Assembly: GCA_025963875.1 (NCBI GenBank)
Contig: JAOPZY010000162.1
Coordinates: 1-43,988, forward strand
Direction: 5' to 3'
DNA: 43,988 nucleotides
DNA from: Actinomycetota bacterium
GTDB lineage: Bacteria; Actinomycetota; CADDZG01; JAHWKV01; JAOPZY01
Part shown: positions 37,272 through 43,988 of the stretch, piece by piece
Layout: each line of letters begins with the position of its first letter
Position numbering within the stretch: the first letter of the stretch is position 1
The notes under the pieces: model-generated
The model's database searches: none
What the model was told of the DNA's origin: nothing
Seen by the model: the letters and a program-made list of their open reading frames with translations, nothing else
Translations under genes and position numbers: made by a program

Positions 37272-38458
37272 GGAGGCCCGCCGTCCTGTTTGCCGTCGAG
37301 CAGCCGGATCAGCTCCTCCACCCGGTAGCCGCCGAGGGCCGACTGGACGGATGAAGCGTCGCAGCGCCCAAGGGCGGAGCGGGCAGCCCGGTAGGCCCGC
37401 TGGGCGGAAGGCCAATCACCAGCAGCCTCCAGAGCGAGCCCGAGTTGCAAGTGGGCAATCGGCTGATCGGGCTCGAGGTAGGCGTGCCTGCGGAAGGCCC
37501 CGATCGCGGCCTGGTGATCCCCGGCGGTGGTGGCCTGGCCCGCTTGCTCGAGAGCCGATGCCCCGGGGGGTCGCCGGACAACCAGAGGAGCCCGGGGGGG
37601 CGGCCGGACCGCCCTGGCTTCAAGGGGGGGTGGCCCGGGGCGGCGGACGGAACTCCTGGGACTGTCCCGCCTGCGGTGGTACTCGAATGCATCGCCGATG
37701 CGGATGGGTTCGAAGAGATCCGTCACCTGCCAGATCGTCTCCGCGTACCCCAGGAACAGGCACGCACCGGGGGGGAGCTTCTGGGCCAGACGGGTCAGAA
37801 ACGCCGTGACGTGTTCCGGCGAGAAGTAGATGAGGACGTTGCGGCAGAACACGGCGTGGCAGCGTTCCACGTGGTCGGGTAGTGGATCGGCGATCAGGTT
37901 GTGGTGTTGCACCTTGACCCGGTCCCGCAGCACCTTGCGGATCTCCCAGTCGTCGCCCGAGTCACCGGTGAGGTACCGGTCCCTGCGGGCGGGAGAGAGC
38001 CCCGTCAGTTCCCGGCTGCGGTACGACCCCTCGGACGTTCGCCCCAGGGCCCGCGTGGATACATCCGTGGCGATCACCGACCCCGGCACCGCCTGCTCGT
38101 CGAGGACCATGGCCAGACTGTAGGGTTCCTGGCCGTTGGAGCAGGCGGCGCTCCAGATGACCGCCGGGCCGTCGATGCCGGGGAGCACCCGTTCTGCGAG
38201 GGCCTGGAATTGGCCGGGGTGGCGGAAGAACGCCGTCTCCTGAACGGTGAGGCGGTCGTAGAGGCTCTGCCGGGCCTCAGGATCCACAGCAAGGCGGCCC
38301 ACGTACCGCTCGAGGCCCTCCCTCCGTGCCGCCGCCTCGTCCCGCAGGCACCGCTGAAGACGGCTGAGCAGCGAAGGGTCGGGCCGCAGCCCCAGCTCGC
38401 GATGCATGAGCTCGGCCGCACGGTCCAGGAGCACGTTGGGGAACGAGGCGAGGTTCAC
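37268..38458 (-). CDS. cheR: CheR methyltransferase with C-terminal TPR (WspC-like)
   Basis: TVQETAFFRHP, WSAACSNGQEPYSLAM, FCRNVLIYF, LGYAE; TPR AYLEPDQPIAHLQLG. Confidence 0.93.
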   Translation of the reverse strand: MNLASFPNVLLDRAAELMHRELGLRPDPSLLSRLQRCLRDEAAARREGLERYVGRLAVDPEARQSLYDRLTVQETAFFRHPGQFQALAERVLPGIDGPAVIWSAACSNGQEPYSLAMVLDEQAVPGSVIATDVSTRALGRTSEGSYRSRELTGLSPARRDRYLTGDSGDDWEIRKVLRDRVKVQHHNLIADPLPDHVERCHAVFCRNVLIYFSPEHVTAFLTRLAQKLPPGACLFLGYAETIWQVTDLFEPIRIGDAFEYHRRRDSPRSSVRRPGPPPLEARAVRPPPRAPLVVRRPPGASALEQAGQATTAGDHQAAIGAFRRHAYLEPDQPIAHLQLGLALEAAGDWPSAQRAYRAARSALGRCDASSVQSALGGYRVEELIRLLDGKQDGGPP

Positions 38459-39507
38459 GACCGCCGCTCCCGCGCGGCTCGCATCACAGCAGCGGCGATG
38501 TCGCCCAGCGCGAGAAGCTCTCTGACGGCACCGAGCCGCTGCGACGCTTGCGGCATCCCGAAGACGGCCGACGTGGCTTCATCCTGGGCCAACGTCCGGC
38601 CGCCCCGTTGGCGGAGGGCGAGCAGGCCCCTCGCGCCGTCGTCGCCCATACCGGTCAGCACCACCCCGATGCCGGCCGCGCCGGCGTGCTCCGCAACCGA
38701 CCACAGGAGCTCGTCGGCGGAGGGTCGGTGGAGCGTCTCGGGGAGCGACGAGAGCGACAGACGGCGGTGGGCGTCGAGACGCAGGTGCACGCCTCCGCCC
38801 GCGATGTAGACCCGACCGGGCAGCGCATGCTCTCCGTGACGGGCGAGCTGAACGGGGAGGGGGCAGGCTCGGGCCATCCAGGCAACCAGGCCCGGCACGA
38901 AGTCCTGAAGAATGTGCTGGACGACGAGCACGGGGGCACCGAGGCCTCCGAGGCCCGAGAGGACCTCCGCGAGTGCGGGGGGGCCGCCCGTCGAGGCGGC
39001 CAACGCCACAACGGGTGAGGTGGTTGCCGCTGGTGGGACCAGAGCCACCCTGCCGCCGGCAGCGGGTGCCTGCGGCGAACGAACCGGGCCGGCCTTGTGG
39101 AGACCGCGCACACGACGGCGAAGCCGTGCCTCATCGAAGGCCGACCACGACGACGGCCTGGGGAGGACGTCGAGTGCCCCCGCCCCGAGGGCGTCCAGGG
39201 CCGGCACCGAGTGCGGCCCCAGGAGGGCTGGGTAGAGCGCCAGGATGGCGGTCGGGGTGCGGGCCATGATCTGTTCGATCGTGGTCCTGGCCCGGGGGTC
39301 CTGCTCCTGCAGGCCAAGGGCGACGACATCCGGCCGGATCCGGCCGACGAGCTCGATCGCTTCCCCGGCTGTGGTCGCGAGGCCGACCACTTCGATGTCC
39401 CCATCGGCTTGGAGGATCCTGACCAGCCGGGTCCGCTGCGTAGGGGATTCGTCGATCACGAGGGCCCGGATCGACACCCGATCGGCTGCCTTTCCGTTCT
39501 CGTTCAA
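38455..39507 (-). CDS. cheB: CheB methylesterase with degenerate receiver domain (WspF-like)
   Basis: AASTGGP, VQHI, RPSAD, LTGMGDDGA, AQDE, VFGMP. Confidence 0.93.
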   Translation of the reverse strand: MNENGKAADRVSIRALVIDESPTQRTRLVRILQADGDIEVVGLATTAGEAIELVGRIRPDVVALGLQEQDPRARTTIEQIMARTPTAILALYPALLGPHSVPALDALGAGALDVLPRPSSWSAFDEARLRRRVRGLHKAGPVRSPQAPAAGGRVALVPPAATTSPVVALAASTGGPPALAEVLSGLGGLGAPVLVVQHILQDFVPGLVAWMARACPLPVQLARHGEHALPGRVYIAGGGVHLRLDAHRRLSLSSLPETLHRPSADELLWSVAEHAGAAGIGVVLTGMGDDGARGLLALRQRGGRTLAQDEATSAVFGMPQASQRLGAVRELLALGDIAAAVMRAARERRS

Positions 39508-41504
39508 CCCCGGCTCCCGAGCAACTGCTCGACCGCCGTCAGCAACCCACGCTCGTCGAAGGCGCTTTTGATGATGTAGCCGTCCGCACCGGCTTCCATC
39601 CCCCGGACGCGGTCCTCATCGCTCGCACGCGAACTCAGGATCAGCACGGCGGTGTTCGCCAGAGCGGGATGGGATCTGATCGCTTCGGTCAGGCCGAAGC
39701 CGTCCAGCCTGGGCATCTCCACATCGGTGAGGACCAGGTCCACGGGCTCGCCGATCAGCGCGGCAAGCGCCTCGGTGCCGTCGCTCGCCAGGCGGACGCG
39801 ATAGCCCGCCCGCTCCAGAATGCTCCGCTGCAGCTCACGGACCGTCAGGGCGTCGTCCACTACAAGGATCACCCCGCCCGCGGGCGGGGGCTCCCGGACG
39901 GCACCGGTGGGGGGCGAGTCGGCGGGGGCCGCTCCGCTCCGCCACGCACGTTCGATGAGGCCCGAGGCGTCGAGCACGACCAGGACGGCTCCGTCGGGGT
40001 CGACGCCGGCCCCCTGGACGACCCCAAGGCGAGGCAGAAGCTGGCCCAGGTCTTTCACCACCACGTCCCGCTGGCCGACGAGCGCATCCACCTGGAAGCC
40101 GTAGCGGCGGGCCCCGCTCTCGAGGATGACCACGGGACCCGCCGGTGGGGTCGACGGCATCCCGAGGGTACCGACAAGGCTCGAGACGACCACGGGCATC
40201 CCGCCGATCCAGACGGCAGACCTCTCCTCGGCGTGAGCGGTGTCGCCGGCGTGGTCCGCCCGGGCCAGGATCACGCTGTGCATCGGGAGTGCGAAGTGCT
40301 GGTCGCCTGCGGCCACGACAAGGCAGGGCAGGACCGCCAGGCTGATGGGCACGATGAGGCGGAACTCCGTCCCCTTTCCTGCGACACTGCGCACCTCGAT
40401 CCGGCCTCGGGCAGCGCCGACGCTGGCCTCGACAACGTCGAGGCCCACACCCCTGCCGGAAACATCCGAGACGAAGTGCGCTGTCGAAAGGCCCGAGCGG
40501 AACACGAGCTGCAGCGCCTCCTCGTCGCTGAGCCCTGCCGTCTCGATCCCCTGGCGTTCCGCCTGGCTGCGGACACGGCTGACGTCGATCCCCCGGCCGT
40601 CGTCGGTGACGGCGATGACCACCTCGGATCCCAGTTGCATGGCGTGGAGGAGGATGTGCCCCTGTGGCGGCTTGCCGGCGACCACCCGCTCCTCGGGGAT
40701 CTCCACCCCGTGGTCGACCGCGTTGCGGACCAGATGCAGCAACGAGTCTGAGAGTTGGCGCAGCACGCCCCGGTCGAGCTCGGTGTCCCCGCCCCGCACC
40801 TCCCATGCGACCTCCCTGCCGAGCGTCCGGGCCAGGTCTCTCACTGCCCTGTGGAGTTGGTCGGTCATGGTGGCGACCGGCACCATCCGGGTCCGCATCG
40901 TCCGCTCCTGAAGGTCGTTGAGCGTGCGGGAGAGCTCCGAGAACTCGGGGATCCCCGCAGGCTCGAGACCCAGCCGCTCCCAGAGCAGGCGCCCCACGCG
41001 CAGGTGGGCCGCGGCGGATTCGCCCACCAGGCGGATGAGCTCGTCGAGGCGCTCGAGGGGGACCATGACAACGCCGGCGTCGTGGGCTCCGGCAGGTGGA
41101 CGGACCGCCGGAGCCGCCGGCGAGGGGAGCGACACAGTGGGGATGGTGAGCGGCTTCAACCCGACCTCGGCAACCTCTCCTCCCACGGCTTGGGCCGTCA
41201 ACGCACCGAGTTCGTCCAGAGCCTGGAGAAGGGCGTCGACCAGCTCGGATGAGACGGGCGAGGCTCCGGAGCGAAGGGCTTCCAGGCGCTGCTCCAGCCG
41301 GTGGGCGCAGCCACTCACCTCCCCGAACCCGACGACGGCGGCAGACCCCTTCAGCGTGTGGACCTCGCGAAAGATCGCGGCGATGATTCCCTCGTCGTTG
41401 CCGGCAGCCTCCAACTCGAGGGCGAGCTGGCCGAGCGTGGCCAGGCGTCCTTCTGCTTCCTGCGCGAACAGGACACGGAAGCTCTCCACGTCGAGGATGC
41501 TCAT
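39504..41504 (-). CDS. cheA: Hybrid CheA-receiver histidine kinase (WspE-like)
   Basis: Hpt FREVHTLKGSA, HLVRNAVDHG, DDGRG, SGRGVGLDVV, CheW domain, C-terminal REC (VVDDA, LTDVEMP). Confidence 0.95.
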   Translation of the reverse strand: MSILDVESFRVLFAQEAEGRLATLGQLALELEAAGNDEGIIAAIFREVHTLKGSAAVVGFGEVSGCAHRLEQRLEALRSGASPVSSELVDALLQALDELGALTAQAVGGEVAEVGLKPLTIPTVSLPSPAAPAVRPPAGAHDAGVVMVPLERLDELIRLVGESAAAHLRVGRLLWERLGLEPAGIPEFSELSRTLNDLQERTMRTRMVPVATMTDQLHRAVRDLARTLGREVAWEVRGGDTELDRGVLRQLSDSLLHLVRNAVDHGVEIPEERVVAGKPPQGHILLHAMQLGSEVVIAVTDDGRGIDVSRVRSQAERQGIETAGLSDEEALQLVFRSGLSTAHFVSDVSGRGVGLDVVEASVGAARGRIEVRSVAGKGTEFRLIVPISLAVLPCLVVAAGDQHFALPMHSVILARADHAGDTAHAEERSAVWIGGMPVVVSSLVGTLGMPSTPPAGPVVILESGARRYGFQVDALVGQRDVVVKDLGQLLPRLGVVQGAGVDPDGAVLVVLDASGLIERAWRSGAAPADSPPTGAVREPPPAGGVILVVDDALTVRELQRSILERAGYRVRLASDGTEALAALIGEPVDLVLTDVEMPRLDGFGLTEAIRSHPALANTAVLILSSRASDEDRVRGMEAGADGYIIKSAFDERGLLTAVEQLLGSRG

Positions 41505-41938
41505 CCGGTTCCCTGCATCGATGGCCTTGCAAGCAGATGGTTGCCGCGACGGCTCGCGCCCCCGAGCAGTTCTTCGATGTCGAGAAGGACGGCCAGTCGC
41601 CCGCCGACCGCATAGGTCCCGGCCGTCGCCGGTGACTCCGAGGGCCCGACGGGCTCCCCGAGGGCGGCGGGTTCGGGAAAGGCGGTGGCTGCCAGGCCCG
41701 CAAGGCCGAGGGATGACCGCACGACCGCCACGAACGGCCAGTCCGGGATCCGGCTGAGCCCCATGAGGGCCGGAGTGTCGAGGAGCGGGACGATCTCGCC
41801 CCGCAGATTGAACAGACCGAGGACGAGGGCAGGGGCAGTCGGGAGCCTGGTGAGCAGAGGTGCCCGCACGACCTTCCGCACCCCGTCCATCGGCACGGCG
41901 TAGAGGTCCGGGCCCACAGGAACGAGAAGAACCCTCAA
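41501..41938 (-). CDS. cheW: CheW coupling protein
   Basis: LTRLPTAPALVLGLFNLRGEIVPLLD. Confidence 0.9.
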   Translation of the reverse strand: MRVLLVPVGPDLYAVPMDGVRKVVRAPLLTRLPTAPALVLGLFNLRGEIVPLLDTPALMGLSRIPDWPFVAVVRSSLGLAGLAATAFPEPAALGEPVGPSESPATAGTYAVGGRLAVLLDIEELLGGASRRGNHLLARPSMQGTG

Positions 41939-41942
41939 CCCG

Positions 41943-43796
41943 TCACCGATGCCGTCCTTTTGCCCCGTTGGCAGATGCCTCGAGATTGCCGGCGAGGTCC
42001 GAGAGGCTCCCCGCGGCAGAGGCCATCTCCTGAGCCGTCATGGAGACCTGCCGGCTCGCGTCGGAGAGCTGCCCCATGGTCTCGACCACCTCCGCCGTTG
42101 CGCCGCGCTGCTGCTGGGTGGTGATCCGGACCTGCCCGGCGGCATCCGTGACCGCCTCGAGCAGGACGAGGCTCTGCTGCATCCGCTTCGCGCCCTTCTC
42201 CATGGCCATGACCGTTGCGTTGGTCTCGCCTCGGACCGCCTCGACGATGGCGGCGATGTTGGCTGCGGAGGCTTTGGAGCGCTCTGCCAGCCGGCGGACC
42301 TCGTCCGCGACCACGGCGAAGCCCCGCCCGCCTTCGCCGGCGCGGGCGGCCTCGATCGCGGCGTTGAGTGCCAGCAGGTTGGTCTGGTCGGCGATCTCGT
42401 TGATCAGCAGGAGCAGCGCGTCGATGTCCTTGACCCGGCCGGCCAGGGCGAGGGTGCTGTCGCTCGACGTCTGCATCTCGGCCTCGGCCTGCTCGAGGTT
42501 GTCCCTCGTCTCGGCGGTCTGCCGGGCGACGCCGTCGACGGTGTCGGCAATGGCAGCCGACGCCCGCGCCAGCTCCTCCGTCGTGGCCGACGCCTGGGTC
42601 ACCGCAGCGCTCTGCTGGATGGTGGTGGCCGCCAGCTCGTCCGAGGAAGCCGACAGCTCGGCCGCGGCAGAGTTCACCTCGACACCGGCGCTGCGCACCT
42701 GGGCGACCAGGACCTCGCAGGTGCTCAGCATGGCGTTGAAGGACTCGGCCAGGACCACCAGCTCCGTGGGTCCGCTGGGTTGGATCCGTACGTCGAGGTC
42801 TCCCTCTGCCGCCCGGCGGGCGCCGGCGGTGAGCCGCCGGAGGGGTCGGGTCATCCCCCGGCCGAACCAGAGGGAGAACGCGACGGCCAGGACGCCGCCG
42901 ATCGCAACCAGAAGGGTCGCACGGCTTCGCTGGCCAGCGACCGCCGCCAGAGCAACGTTGGTCTTGTCCTGGGCGAAGATGACCCAGCCGAGACCCTCCA
43001 CGTTGTCGAAGCCACCGATGACGGCGTTGCCCTGGAGGTCGGTGAACGCTGCCGTACCCACATCCTGCGTCTGGGCCAGGCGGGTGCCGGCGTTCTCCAC
43101 GACGGTGTGGAGCGTGCCGGCCTTGAGCATGGCGGCGTCGCTCCCGGGGATGCCCAGGGCGCTGTCGTAGAGCAGGAGGTGCTGGTGGTCGACGGCGATG
43201 ACCTCGCTGCCCTGGCCGAGGTCGGGATTGAGCAGACTGGCGAGGACCTCCGCATTGAGGTCGGCAACTGCCACAGCCTGCGGGCGGCCGTCGGGGCCCA
43301 GGATGGGCTCGGCGATCGTCCACCGGATCTGGCCGTCCAGCTCGGCGGGCGAGTTCAGCACGGGCTGGCCCGCCGCGGCGGTGCGGAACCAGTCCTGGCC
43401 CGCGGGGCTGAACGCCATGTCTGGACTGCTGGAGGAAAGCACCTTTCCGGTGAGGTCGGCTACCTCGATGACGGCAAAGTCACCGTGCTCGGCACTTGCG
43501 AACTGTGCCAGGAGGGTCGCGGTGCGTGGGTCGGCGGGCTGGCCCGCGGCCAGGCCTGCTACGACGCTGAGGTTCTCTCGGCGCTCGGTGACCCAGTCCT
43601 CGAGTCGCAATGCCACGGCCCGCGCGACGCTGAGGCCCTTGCGCTCGGTGTCCGTGGTGAGGCTGTCGGACGACCTGGTGGTGAGGAGAATGGCCAGCGC
43701 CGACATGATCGGCAGGGAGACCAGCAACATCCCCGCCACGAGCTGCACCGCGAAACGTCGGCGTCCGGCTTGCCAGGCTGCGCGCAGATCCGGCAT
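41943..43796 (-). CDS. Methyl-accepting chemotaxis protein (TM-dCache-TM-HAMP-MA; WspA-like position)
   Basis: Two TM helices, Cache-like [59 protein letters not shown]. Confidence 0.95.
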   Translation of the reverse strand: MPDLRAAWQAGRRRFAVQLVAGMLLVSLPIMSALAILLTTRSSDSLTTDTERKGLSVARAVALRLEDWVTERRENLSVVAGLAAGQPADPRTATLLAQFASAEHGDFAVIEVADLTGKVLSSSSPDMAFSPAGQDWFRTAAAGQPVLNSPAELDGQIRWTIAEPILGPDGRPQAVAVADLNAEVLASLLNPDLGQGSEVIAVDHQHLLLYDSALGIPGSDAAMLKAGTLHTVVENAGTRLAQTQDVGTAAFTDLQGNAVIGGFDNVEGLGWVIFAQDKTNVALAAVAGQRSRATLLVAIGGVLAVAFSLWFGRGMTRPLRRLTAGARRAAEGDLDVRIQPSGPTELVVLAESFNAMLSTCEVLVAQVRSAGVEVNSAAAELSASSDELAATTIQQSAAVTQASATTEELARASAAIADTVDGVARQTAETRDNLEQAEAEMQTSSDSTLALAGRVKDIDALLLLINEIADQTNLLALNAAIEAARAGEGGRGFAVVADEVRRLAERSKASAANIAAIVEAVRGETNATVMAMEKGAKRMQQSLVLLEAVTDAAGQVRITTQQQRGATAEVVETMGQLSDASRQVSMTAQEMASAAGSLSDLAGNLEASANGAKGRHR

Positions 43797-43988
43797 CAAT
43801 TCCTCGCCTTGGCGCTGGTTGCAGCGCATCCGATGTTGCCGGCAAAGCCGGCCAGTTGGGGAAGGCTGGCTGCCATGATTCCGCTCTCCTGGCTCTCGAA
43901 GGACGCACGTGTCGCAGAGAGCCGGGGTCGCGGGACGCGGCCCTGGACCGCTTCATCCAGTGTCGTCCTTCGGCCACGCGAAGACCAT

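Overview
High-GC bacterial chromosomal region, most likely Actinomycetota (LexA box of the actinobacterial type, PAC2, DUF6458-like protein, many apparent leaderless promoters). From left to right: tRNA-Thr(UGU); aldehyde dehydrogenase and small genes; TetR, SET-domain protein, L,D-transpeptidase and MerR; a ComA / MBL-rhodanese sulfur pair; a LexA-boxed three-gene operon (DNA methyltransferase fused to a degenerate PD-(D/E)XK domain, a small acidic protein, and an intact paralogous PD-(D/E)XK nuclease) facing a convergent Cas4/AddB-like gene; MFS, birA, rlmN, CYTH-CHAD, PAC2; two YbdK-family ligases flanking a c-di-GMP-I riboswitch, an unannotated 46-aa peptide and a membrane GGDEF-EAL gene; exported proteins including a Gly-rich amyloid-like candidate; a KorSA-like GntR module; a tandem DUF3494 ice-binding protein; xfp-ackA and a USP; and a complete Wsp-like chemosensory operon with a REC-GGDEF output. 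The best candidates for undescribed systems are the SOS-controlled MTase::pseudo-nuclease plus nuclease operon (8561-10842) and the riboswitch-peptide-GGDEF/EAL unit (19373-22136). All calls come from manual motif reading; no database searches were run.
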